From an uncultured delta proteobacterium (lineage in GTDB: Bacteria; Desulfobacterota; Desulfobacteria; Desulfobacterales; UBA2156), in NCBI GenBank assembly GCA_963736855.1, contig CAVTQK010000021.1:160001-224000 (forward strand): 64,000 nt of DNA. Direction: 5' to 3'. Under the pieces are notes generated by a model. That model was not told the DNA's origin and did not search any database. It saw only the letters and a list, made by a program, of their open reading frames with translations. Positions 42,228 to 50,938 of this stretch are shown here, in pieces. The position numbers and the translations under genes are program-made. Each line of letters starts with the position of its first letter. The stretch's first letter is position 1.

Positions 42228-42660
42228 TATTCGGTATCGACAGAGTGATGCTTTTAGGTTGTCCGGTCGGTTCCGGAAATTTTATCCAGATTCCCATGGG
42301 TTTGCCGGCTGCAATATCAAACCAAAAGCGTCCCCCCGTGTCCTTGTCGTAAAATGGTCCGCCGATAAACATACCGTCTGCATCTTTTAGGGCAAAATAC
42401 TTTTTTTGGTTGATTTCATCCAAAACATAGCAGTCGGCAAAGTGAAACCTCATGGATTGTTTTTCCGTCCCCGTATTTCTGACCTTGAACTTTATTGTCA
42501 ATACGTTATTGCGTGCCTCGATCGACATCAGGTCCACTTCTATGCCGGTGAGCGTGTTGTGGGTCTGGGTTTGAATTCCATCTTTGGCGAAACCGCTTCC
42601 GGATGCAACCATCAGCAATAGGGCGGTCAAAAAACAGACGCTCTTTAAGAATTTCTTCAT
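42193..42660 (-). CDS. Secreted hypothetical protein
   Basis: Signal peptide MKKFLKSVCFLTALLLMVASGSGFA; strong RBS. Confidence 0.85.
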   Translation of the reverse strand: MKKFLKSVCFLTALLLMVASGSGFAKDGIQTQTHNTLTGIEVDLMSIEARNNVLTIKFKVRNTGTEKQSMRFHFADCYVLDEINQKKYFALKDADGMFIGGPFYDKDTGGRFWFDIAAGKPMGIWIKFPEPTGQPKSITLSIPNIAPFEEVSLGK

Positions 42661-42750
42661 AACCACCTCCTTTTATCAGTATTTATCGGTTTTGTGCCGG
42701 GATGATTTCAACATTCGGTCATATGTCCTGCTTCTTTGAGACAAAGCCCT

Positions 42751-43245
42751 TTAGGATCCTGGCGGTTTTTCCAGCTTTCGGTTCGGATCATTTGCTTCAG
42801 TCCAACTCCTTCCGAATTTTTTCTCGAAAAAGGATTTAAGCCTTTCAAACCACTGGCCGGGCTCCTTTTCCTGCTGTCGATGGGCCCGGATGGCGTCCCA
42901 TACGAAAAAGCAGATATCGATGATTTTGTCTTTGGGGACATAGCAATGGGCTCCGGAACGGATGGACCGGATGAAGTTTTCCGGGCTCAGGGCGTGTGCC
43001 GTAAGCATCACGGCGGGGATTTTTAACGATGTAGCGATTTGGAGGAGCTCATATCCTTCTACCCCCATGATATCGAGGACCACACAATCGAAGCACTCCT
43101 TTTCCATGATTTGCTTTGCGGACTCGAAATCACGGGCCCGGTGGAGCTCACACATCTCCAGTTCTTCCGAAAGCATATCGAGTATATCCGGTTCATCATC
43201 TACGATGAGGACTTTTTTCCCTTCCAATATCGCCAAATCGTGCAT
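42751..43245 (-). CDS. Response regulator receiver protein
   Basis: VLIVDDE, VLDIMG, MLTAH, YVPK. Confidence 0.92.
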   Translation of the reverse strand: MHDLAILEGKKVLIVDDEPDILDMLSEELEMCELHRARDFESAKQIMEKECFDCVVLDIMGVEGYELLQIATSLKIPAVMLTAHALSPENFIRSIRSGAHCYVPKDKIIDICFFVWDAIRAHRQQEKEPGQWFERLKSFFEKKFGRSWTEANDPNRKLEKPPGS

Positions 43246-43377
43246 ATCGTCCTCCTCATTTTATTCAGGCGTCAACCTGGTCGACAGAGTTCTTTCATGG
43301 GCTTCCGAGCCTTTGCATATCCTATGAAAAGATACGCGGCATGTCAATGCCGTTGCAGTCCTGCGCGGGATGTCGGC

Positions 43378-44562
43378 TCATACTTTGATTAAGAGTCCTT
43401 TCAGATAGGTTCCTTCCGGAAAACTCAATAAGACCGGGTGATCGGCGGACTGGCCGAACCGACGGAGAATGACTCCCGGTCGGCCGGCGTCCAGCGCTGC
43501 GTCGGCCACAACTTTTTGGAAGAGTTCGGGTGAAACATGGGCCGAGCAGGAAAAAGTCATCAGGAGTCCTCCTTCCCGCAGAAGCCCCAAGCCGAGCCTG
43601 TTGATGTCCTTGTATCCCCTGCAGGCTTTATCGAGATGAGCCCTGGAGTCGGCGAACTTGGGGGGATCCAGTACCACCATATCGAAGCGGCGACCCGACT
43701 CATGGATCTGTCGCAGGGCTGAAAAGACGTCCGCTTTCGTGGTTTTCACCTGATTTTCTGAAAAGCCGTTTAACTCGGCATTTCGGCGTGCAAGATCGAT
43801 GGCGGATTCGGAGGAATCGATGTTGAGGACTGAGGACGCACCTCCAATCATGGCCCAGACACCGAAACCTCCGGTGTAGGAAAAACCGTTCAGAACGTCC
43901 TTTCCCAGGGTATAATCGGCCAGAGCAGCCCGGTTTTCTCTCTGGTCCAGATAAAAGCCTGTCTTTTGTCCCTGTCGGATATCAACTAAAAAAGACATGG
44001 CACCTTCCCGAATTTTCAGGGATTCCGAAGGAATGTCGCCGTAGAGTAGCCCGGTTCTTTTTTTTAAATTTTCCTTGAGGCGCGCATCCACGTCCGAGCG
44101 TTCATAGATGCCTCTCACAGGGATTTGTCGGGCCAATTCTTTGATGATGATCTCTTTCCAGAACTCGGTACCGACAGTGAGAAACTGACAGACCAGAACA
44201 GGACCGTATCGATCCACGACAAGTCCGGGGAGGCCGTCCGACTCGGCGTTGATCAGACGGTAGGCGTCACAACCGGAGAGGGACGGGATCGCATGTCTCA
44301 AAGAAATGGCAGTTTGAATGCGTTTTGAGAAAAAAACAGTAGAAACCGTCTCCGTTGGATCGAAAGTCCACACCCGAATGATAATCTGAGAATGCGGAGA
44401 AAAGGCACCTCTGGCAAGCCAGGTTCCGTCCGAAGACAGAATATCCACCGTCTCTCCGGGAGCTGCTGCCTTGGAAACGTCCCGGATCGCCCCGGAAAAG
44501 ATCCAGGGATGCCGCCGCAGAAGGGATTTCTCCCTCTGTGGTTTGAGTGTAACCGAGGCCAC
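43378..44562 (-). CDS. rlmI: 23S rRNA m5C1962 methyltransferase family
   Basis: HPWIFSG PUA, ESDGLPGLVVDRY, GQKTGFYLDQRENR, LDPPKF. Confidence 0.92.
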   Translation of the reverse strand: MASVTLKPQREKSLLRRHPWIFSGAIRDVSKAAAPGETVDILSSDGTWLARGAFSPHSQIIIRVWTFDPTETVSTVFFSKRIQTAISLRHAIPSLSGCDAYRLINAESDGLPGLVVDRYGPVLVCQFLTVGTEFWKEIIIKELARQIPVRGIYERSDVDARLKENLKKRTGLLYGDIPSESLKIREGAMSFLVDIRQGQKTGFYLDQRENRAALADYTLGKDVLNGFSYTGGFGVWAMIGGASSVLNIDSSESAIDLARRNAELNGFSENQVKTTKADVFSALRQIHESGRRFDMVVLDPPKFADSRAHLDKACRGYKDINRLGLGLLREGGLLMTFSCSAHVSPELFQKVVADAALDAGRPGVILRRFGQSADHPVLLSFPEGTYLKGLLIKV

Positions 44563-44571
44563 GGGGCATGA

Positions 44572-44682
44572 TTACTTGGATTCGGCGGATTTAACAGCCT
44601 TTTTAGGCTTTTTAGATCTCGTTTTGCCGAAAGTTCCCCGAAAGATCTTTCCTCTTTTACTGCGCTGATCACCTTTACCCAT
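44572..44682 (-). CDS. thx: 30S ribosomal protein THX (bS31 family), 36 aa, absent from the ORF track
   Basis: MGKGDQRSKRGKIFRGTFGKTRSKKPKKAVKSAESK*; GGAGGA RBS. Confidence 0.92.
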   Translation of the reverse strand: MGKGDQRSKRGKIFRGTFGKTRSKKPKKAVKSAESK

Positions 44683-44899
44683 TGGATACTTCCTCCGTTT
44701 GAATAGAAATTAAAGTTTAACGAAAATCATCGAGGAAAATAGTGAATGAGTATCTATAGCACAACAGAAAAAGAGGGGCAACTCGAAGAAAAGGCACCAG
44801 AGATACGATTCGATATTTTTTCAATAGGTCGTTGCACCATGAGGGTTGATGCATTAAAATAAAAAAAGACACCGATTCAAATGCGTTAGAAGGGAAATC

Positions 44900-45976
44900 A
44901 TGGGTGATCCTCAATCCATCGTCAAACAAGTGGCTCATAACTGTGCGATTACCGATGCCCGTCATGCTACGATATTTTCGGTCTGCGGACTGGCGTTGCG
45001 TCTGCGAGGGCTTTATAAGTGGGAAAAGGGTCTCGATCCTTGGGTGGAAGAAGAACCGGGGAGACTGATGACATGGATCGAGGAAACGGAAATCGCATGG
45101 GAAAAGCTGGAAAATCTGGACTTCATCGGCATTCGATCCGATGACCGGGTCTTTGATCCTTTTAATGCAGCCGGGATCAACGGGACCCTTGAACCTTCCG
45201 GAATGATTTATGGTGCAGGGTATGCTCAGGGCCTGGCGCCCACTTTTTTCATGGCTTGTCTGAAAGAAGCCAGGAACCTGCATGGATGCTCGATTTTCAT
45301 CCTGGGAAAAGAGCTGGCCCGGGATCTGATGTCGATCCCCGCCCTTTCCCAGGATAACCGGATATATATCCGTACTGAAGTCGTGAAGTCCTTTCTGTGG
45401 GATCAGATTTTTTTTATAAACCGATCCGGAAAAAGCGCTTTGAACCTGGCATTGCAAAGCTTTAAAGCCCAAGAGGATGATAAACTTTCCATTAGGAGGT
45501 GTCTTCCCGAAATCGTGGAAAACGAAACAGAGTCATTTCTTTTTCATGAGCTCGGTGAAGTGCTGGATCCCACCCTCGATCGGATGGCCTGGAGGGAACT
45601 TTTGGCTCAGTTTCCGAACACGGTCATCGAGCTTCTGGCAAGAACACTGAAAGACATTGTTGCGGATACGAGCCCCTTTGGAAGGCTTTCTTTTATTGTT
45701 AAGCAGCACCGGTCGTCGTCCCTTGCCTTCTTTGTGGCATTTTTAGATGGGTTCCGGAAGATATTATTCCCGGAGATCTTCACCGCATTTGAAAGATTCG
45801 TCTCTGATGGAAGCTGGGAAATCATTGAGGAAGCGGTTCGAAAGGGATATCAGACGGCTCGAGAAAGGGCTGGGATGCTCATGGAAATCTTTCAGTCGGG
45901 GAAAAATAAGAGTCAACCCACATGGACCGAAAGTGAGATTCACCGCAACCTAATCCAGCCTCTGGGTTTAAGGTAA
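44900..45976 (+). CDS. Conserved hypothetical protein (resembles Sfum_1244 family)
   Basis: NCAITDARHA, YKWE, YGAGY, HELGE. Confidence 0.75.
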   Translation: MGDPQSIVKQVAHNCAITDARHATIFSVCGLALRLRGLYKWEKGLDPWVEEEPGRLMTWIEETEIAWEKLENLDFIGIRSDDRVFDPFNAAGINGTLEPSGMIYGAGYAQGLAPTFFMACLKEARNLHGCSIFILGKELARDLMSIPALSQDNRIYIRTEVVKSFLWDQIFFINRSGKSALNLALQSFKAQEDDKLSIRRCLPEIVENETESFLFHELGEVLDPTLDRMAWRELLAQFPNTVIELLARTLKDIVADTSPFGRLSFIVKQHRSSSLAFFVAFLDGFRKILFPEIFTAFERFVSDGSWEIIEEAVRKGYQTARERAGMLMEIFQSGKNKSQPTWTESEIHRNLIQPLGLR

Positions 45977-46009
45977 CCATCGGTTTCATTGAAAGGAGAT
46001 CGGCGGAAA

Positions 46010-46745
46010 ATGCTTACAGATGATGAAAAGAAGCGATACAGCCGTCAGATCCTCCTGGAGGAGATCGGAGAGCCCGGCCAGGAAAAACTAAAGGCGGCCC
46101 GTATCCTTGTCGCCGGAGCCGGGGGGATCGGTTCCGCTGTTTTGAACTGCCTGGCGGCTGCCGGGATCGGACGGATCCGTATCGTGGACTGCGATACGGT
46201 GGAGATGAGCAATTTGAATCGGCAGATTCTTCACTGGCCAAAAGGATATCGGTCGAAAAAAGACGGATTCCGCAGCCGAAAAGCTCCAGGCAATTAACCC
46301 GGATATCGACGTGGTAGTGATGCATGAGACCATTTCTAAAGACAACATTCTGGATCTTGCCTCAGGAGTCAATGGAATCGTCGATGCCATGGACAATATG
46401 CCGGCTCGATACATCCTTAACGAGGCGGCGGTGAAAATGCGTATTCCTTTTTTTCACGGAGCCGTCTATGGCTTCGAAGGAAGAGCCATGACCGTCCTGC
46501 CTGGAAAAACGGCATGCTTGAGATGTCTCTATCGCGGGCCGGTGGAAAGAGAGATATTCCCGGTTCTCGGGACGGCGCCGGCTATGATCGGGGCCGTTCA
46601 GGCCTGCGAGGTGATCAAGTACCTGGTGGGTGCCGGTCGCCTGCTGACCGATCGGATGCTGACCATCGACGGTTTGACCATGAACGCATCCGAGTTCAAG
46701 ATCCACAGGAATCCTAATTGTGAGCATTGCGCGTCCCCCAGATGA
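46010..46745 (+). CDS. moeB: MoeB/ThiF adenylyltransferase, single-base frameshift at A run 46240-46243
   Basis: RYSRQ, GAGGIG, SNLNRQ, then +1 frame DIGRKK...DAMDN, CLRC, CEHC. Confidence 0.88.
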
Positions 46746-46757
46746 AAGGAGTTAAGC

Positions 46758-47030
46758 GTGAGTATCGATATCGCCATTCATAAGACGCACAGGCAATTTA
46801 CCGGAGGGGCGGAGCGGGTTTCGGTGGAAGGGAAGACTGTGGGTCAGTGCCTTGATCATCTTATCAAGCAATATCCCCAGATGAAGGGAATCCTCTTCGA
46901 TGGGAAAGGACGAGTCAAAAACACCATCGAGATCTATGTGAATATGGAAAGCGCCTATCCCGACGAACTGAAAAAACCGGTCAAGAACGGGGATGTGATC
47001 CACATCGCGCTGATGCTTGCCGGAGGATGA
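46758..47030 (+). CDS. moaD: MoaD/ThiS sulfur carrier
   Basis: Ubiquitin-like size, C-terminal AGG. Confidence 0.88.
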   Translation: MSIDIAIHKTHRQFTGGAERVSVEGKTVGQCLDHLIKQYPQMKGILFDGKGRVKNTIEIYVNMESAYPDELKKPVKNGDVIHIALMLAGG

Positions 47031-47090
47031 TAAAAACGGGAGCATCCTGTTTCCGCCGGCTGCCCCCGTTGGAGAGGAAAAAACGGTCGG

Positions 47091-47597
47091 TTAGAGGGCT
47101 GCGTGCTGAAAAACCGCTTCTTTCCCGGCAACAGAGATCCGGTGGGCGGCGGCTTTCTTCTTTATCAGGCTGACATCTCCAGCATCCACGTAAGTTAAAG
47201 CCTTCACATCACAGAACCGGACACATTGGGGATCACCGTCGCATAGATCGCATTTGAATACTTTCCTGTCGACGGTATTGAAACTCATGGCCCCGAAGGG
47301 ACAGACGGAAACACAGGTCCGGCACCCGATGCAGACATCGTAGTCGACCTCCACCCTTCCTAAAGACGTGTTCATCGAGATAGCCTTCACCGGGCACGCT
47401 TTCATACAGGGCGCATCCTGGCACTGCTGGCAAGACATAGGGATGTAAAGGCCTTCGGACTCCCACTTCATGACCCGGATGCGGCTGCGCATCGGGTTGG
47501 AAATGCCGTCGTGCTTAACGGTACAGACAAGCTCGCAAAGCCGGCATCCCGTGCATTTCTCGTAATCGATCATCAAAACTTTGCCTGAGGTTTCCAT
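47091..47597 (-). CDS. 4x[4Fe-4S] electron-transfer subunit of AOR
   Basis: CTGCRLCELVC, CQQCQDAPC, CIGCRTCVSVCPFG, KCDLCDGDPQC. Confidence 0.93.
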   Translation of the reverse strand: METSGKVLMIDYEKCTGCRLCELVCTVKHDGISNPMRSRIRVMKWESEGLYIPMSCQQCQDAPCMKACPVKAISMNTSLGRVEVDYDVCIGCRTCVSVCPFGAMSFNTVDRKVFKCDLCDGDPQCVRFCDVKALTYVDAGDVSLIKKKAAAHRISVAGKEAVFQHAAL

Positions 47598-47629
47598 GAA
47601 CCTTCTCCTTTTCAATCTGTCAGGTTGGC

Positions 47630-49570
47630 TTAAAGCTGCCGGGAGGGCTCGTTATCAAGCCCCAGACGTTTAAGTGTCGCCGCTTTGGGTTTTCCGTTTT
47701 TATCCAACCCTTTGTATTCGTAAAACTCATCGATCATCTTGTCGAATTTTTCCCGGTCGATGCACATGCCGATGACGTCCGGCGCGCCTCTTTTGCAAGG
47801 CTCGTCAAAGTACCGGTGATTCAGGGTATCCCCTTTTTTAAGGTCGTTTCGGGTCAACCCCTCCCGCATATTGAACATGCGCTCGATCATGTTGCATCTT
47901 TCAGCGACGGTCCAGAGTTCTTCCGGGGTGACTTCGATGCCTGTGTTGTAGTAAATGACCTTGGGCCAGTCTTCGAAATTGGGAAGTGTGGCGCCGAGGA
48001 AAGTCGTATGATATTTACAGATCCCGAGACAGTCCACGGCCATATAACAATTTTCCTGCCAGAAGACCATCCATGCCTTGCCTTCGTAAGATGTATGTTC
48101 CGAGCTCAGGGGGCCGTTGTAGGGAACCGGGGAGCTGTAAATCTTTCTCAAGACTTCTTCCGGCAGATGATACAGGTCGATGGCGGGTCGGCTTCGCAGA
48201 TGGTCGCTCCCCCGGGATGCCGTAGCGATGTTGAGGGCCAAGGCCGGGGTGGCACGTTCGTCGGAGTGGAGATTGTTCATGCCCTTGACCTGGATCAGAT
48301 AGTCAAAGGAATTTTTTCCGATCTTTTCCGCAGCCGGAATGCCGCCGTCGGCCAGGGTGTCTCCCAGCCACCCTTTTCGGTAGCAGATGCGCTCAACCAT
48401 CTCCAGCAGGGCCTTGTCGTTTCCGAATCGCAGGTCTATTCCATCGGTATGCTTGTCGGTCAGGATCCCTTCTTCATAAAGCTCCATGGCCCAGGCGATC
48501 ATTGAGCCGGTCTCCAGGTTGTCCATGCCGAACTGGTCCACCAGGTAATTGCCTGTTAAAACGGTTTCGGCAGAAGTGCATCCCGGTTCGGAGCCGAAGG
48601 CACCCAAAGAGGTGTATTCCGGACCTTCATCGTATTTGCCTGCATAAGGCCCGGAAGGGATCCGGTATTGGGCCCGGCAGTGAACCTGACATCCGAAACA
48701 TCCCGTCATGTGATAAGGTCCCATGGTTTCCGTGGCGATTTCATCCAGCCTTTCCGGTTCGATGTCATCGGCGTATTCGAGCTGGTTGTATTGAAAATTT
48801 CGGGTTCGTAGGCCGCCCCAGCAGTTTGTCGCCCCCCAGATGAACGGGGTCCCCAGGGTTCCCTGGGTCTGGTTGACCTTGGCACTTGTGATCTGGTCAA
48901 TGAACCGCTTGTTGAATTCCAGGGCTTCCATGGGATGGGCGATTTTAATGTCCATCGTCCCGCGCGCAGCCACGGCCTTGAGATTTTTAGAACCCATGAC
49001 GCATCCCATGCCGGTCCGCCCTCCGGAGTTTTTGATCCCGGTCATGACATTGGCAAAGGCGACGAGGTTTTCACCGGCCGGACCGATCACGCAGCTTTTG
49101 ATTTCGTCATCGCCCAACTCCTCCCGGATCGCCCACTGGGTGTCGGTCGTCGTTTTTCCCCATAAGCCGCACGCGTCCCGAATTTCGATTTTTCCGTCGT
49201 GGATAAAGAGGTAAACGGGATCTTTAGCCTTCCCTGTAATGACCAGATGATGAAATCCGGCCCAGGCAAGTTCCGGGGCAAAAAAGCCCCCCATATTGGC
49301 GCTGCCCAAAAGCCCAGTCAGGGGAGACTTGGCCATGATATGCGTACGGGAGGTGGCGGATGCGCAGGTAGCGGTCAGCAAACCCCCGCTGATGATCAAG
49401 GGGTTGTCCGGGCTTAGTGGATCCACCCCTTTGGGGGCGTGGTTATAGAGCAGGTAAGCATCGAGCCCCCTCCCGCCGATGAATCGTTTTCGTATGGAGA
49501 CGGGAATGGGTTTGATCTTGACGTCCCCAGTGGTGAGATTGATATAGGCAATTTTTCTGTCTAGCGACAT
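47630..49570 (-). CDS. aor: Aldehyde:ferredoxin oxidoreductase family (tungstopterin) catalytic subunit
   Basis: KSPLTG, IGPAGEN, GRTGMGCVMGSKNLKA, CFGCQVHC, GPEYTS, DQFGMD, DCLGIC. Confidence 0.93.
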   Translation of the reverse strand: MSLDRKIAYINLTTGDVKIKPIPVSIRKRFIGGRGLDAYLLYNHAPKGVDPLSPDNPLIISGGLLTATCASATSRTHIMAKSPLTGLLGSANMGGFFAPELAWAGFHHLVITGKAKDPVYLFIHDGKIEIRDACGLWGKTTTDTQWAIREELGDDEIKSCVIGPAGENLVAFANVMTGIKNSGGRTGMGCVMGSKNLKAVAARGTMDIKIAHPMEALEFNKRFIDQITSAKVNQTQGTLGTPFIWGATNCWGGLRTRNFQYNQLEYADDIEPERLDEIATETMGPYHMTGCFGCQVHCRAQYRIPSGPYAGKYDEGPEYTSLGAFGSEPGCTSAETVLTGNYLVDQFGMDNLETGSMIAWAMELYEEGILTDKHTDGIDLRFGNDKALLEMVERICYRKGWLGDTLADGGIPAAEKIGKNSFDYLIQVKGMNNLHSDERATPALALNIATASRGSDHLRSRPAIDLYHLPEEVLRKIYSSPVPYNGPLSSEHTSYEGKAWMVFWQENCYMAVDCLGICKYHTTFLGATLPNFEDWPKVIYYNTGIEVTPEELWTVAERCNMIERMFNMREGLTRNDLKKGDTLNHRYFDEPCKRGAPDVIGMCIDREKFDKMIDEFYEYKGLDKNGKPKAATLKRLGLDNEPSRQL

Positions 49571-49571
49571 G

Positions 49572-49865
49572 TTATTTCCCTCCCTTTTTTTCTGCAGATT
49601 CCTTCTTGGAGGCCTGTTTTTCGGCAAAGGTTTTTGCGGCAATCTCTCGGTTTACTTCCCAGACCGGCCCCCGAATTCTCGGCAGGGTGGGGTTAACCCA
49701 GAACAACCGATATTCCATCCCGCAGGTAGGGCACTTCACCTGCTGGGCTCCCGGCTCAGGCTGAATCCTCCCCATGCAGCTGGGGTTGTGGCACCGGATC
49801 TTGCCGAAAGTCCGGGTTTTCCGAAGGCTTTCGGCGGCGGACTGTTTTGCACTTTCGATGGTCAT
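49572..49865 (-). CDS. Small zinc-ribbon-like protein
   Basis: CHNPSC and CPTC pairs; AAAGGAG RBS; 1 bp from aor start. Confidence 0.8.
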   Translation of the reverse strand: MTIESAKQSAAESLRKTRTFGKIRCHNPSCMGRIQPEPGAQQVKCPTCGMEYRLFWVNPTLPRIRGPVWEVNREIAAKTFAEKQASKKESAEKKGGK

Positions 49866-49965
49866 GGCGGCTCCTTTCGTCAATTTTTTAAGGGACAGAG
49901 TCATGGCGGCTTTCAATAAGGATGTTACTTCAGAGGCATAACCTGTCTCTGCACATGCAAGTAAA

Positions 49966-49981
49966 GTTCATTATAGTGAAC
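49966..49981. promoter_or_regulatory. Probable IclR operator 1
   Basis: GTTCA-TTATAG-TGAAC, just downstream of minus-strand TTGACA(50019-24)-N16-TATAAA. Confidence 0.75.
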
Positions 49982-50115
49982 GATCAATGAAATTTTTTTA
50001 TATAGTAATGGATGATCTTGTCAAGTTAAATTTAACATAATGTTCATTTCCTTGATAAAAAATCAAAAAACGGTATTGACAGTATACGGAAATGGATGTA
50101 AATGAAAAGAAAATT

Positions 50116-50131
50116 GTTCATTATGGTGAAC
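50116..50131. promoter_or_regulatory. Probable IclR operator 2
   Basis: GTTCA-TTATGG-TGAAC, 1 bp before the regulator ATG, downstream of TTGACA 50076-81. Confidence 0.75.
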
Positions 50132-50132
50132 G

Positions 50133-50906
50133 ATGACAAATTCTTATCAGGCGCCGACCGTCAAGAAAGCTTTCCGGATCCTGCGGGCCGTCTCCAAAAA
50201 CCGCCACGGTATGGGAGTCAGTGAACTTTCAAAAAGACTCTCCATAGGCAAGAGCACCGTATTTGGCATCTTGAATGCGCTGGAAGATCTGGGAGCTGTT
50301 GTCCGGGATCCCAAAACCAAGACATTTACCCTGGGGGTGACCCTGTTCGAACTGGGTCGTGCCGCCTATTCCCGCATCGATGTGAAAGAGATTGCACGAC
50401 CCATCATGGAAGGCCTCATGGAGCGTGCCCAGGAATCGGTTTTCCTGGGAGTAAGAAACGGAGAACACGTCACCATCATTGATATTGTGGAATCCACGCA
50501 GGATTTGAAGATCACCGCGCCGGTGGGAACCCGGATCCCGCTTTTTGCCGGGGCAACCGGCAAAGTGTTCATGGCCTCCATGACGGAGGAAAAAGTGGCC
50601 GAGCTGATTCAAACCAAGGGGATTTCTCATTTTACGAAAAACACCGTCATCAACCCCATGCGTTTTATGGAAGAAATTCGGACGGCAAGAAGAAAGGGAT
50701 ATGCTACGGACGATGAGGAATACATCAGCGGAGTGCGGGCCGTGGCCGCAGCTATTGAGGGAACACGGGCCTTCAGTTCCGCTATCTGGGTTGTGGGTTT
50801 CAAACCCCGCATCGACGCCAGGAAGATGGAGTTCTTGGTAGAAGAAACCCTTAACGCTGCCCATGCGATCAGCGAAAGAATCCAAAAAACCGATGCGATC
50901 CATTGA
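50133..50906 (+). CDS. IclR family transcriptional regulator
   Basis: HTH GVSELS...KSTVFGIL, GTRIPLFAGATGK, GYATDDEE, GVRAVAA. Confidence 0.96.
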   Translation: MTNSYQAPTVKKAFRILRAVSKNRHGMGVSELSKRLSIGKSTVFGILNALEDLGAVVRDPKTKTFTLGVTLFELGRAAYSRIDVKEIARPIMEGLMERAQESVFLGVRNGEHVTIIDIVESTQDLKITAPVGTRIPLFAGATGKVFMASMTEEKVAELIQTKGISHFTKNTVINPMRFMEEIRTARRKGYATDDEEYISGVRAVAAAIEGTRAFSSAIWVVGFKPRIDARKMEFLVEETLNAAHAISERIQKTDAIH

Positions 50907-50938
50907 TTAGAAATACTGGGAAAGGATCAGGGAGATTC

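Noticed and set aside
46230..46250. Programmed ribosomal frameshift in moeB
   Set aside because: No canonical slippery heptamer or stimulatory structure; matches the other homopolymer indels
47630..49570. BamB class II benzoyl-CoA reductase
   Set aside because: Keeps the AOR-type GPEYTS and DQFGMD motifs; no bam gene context
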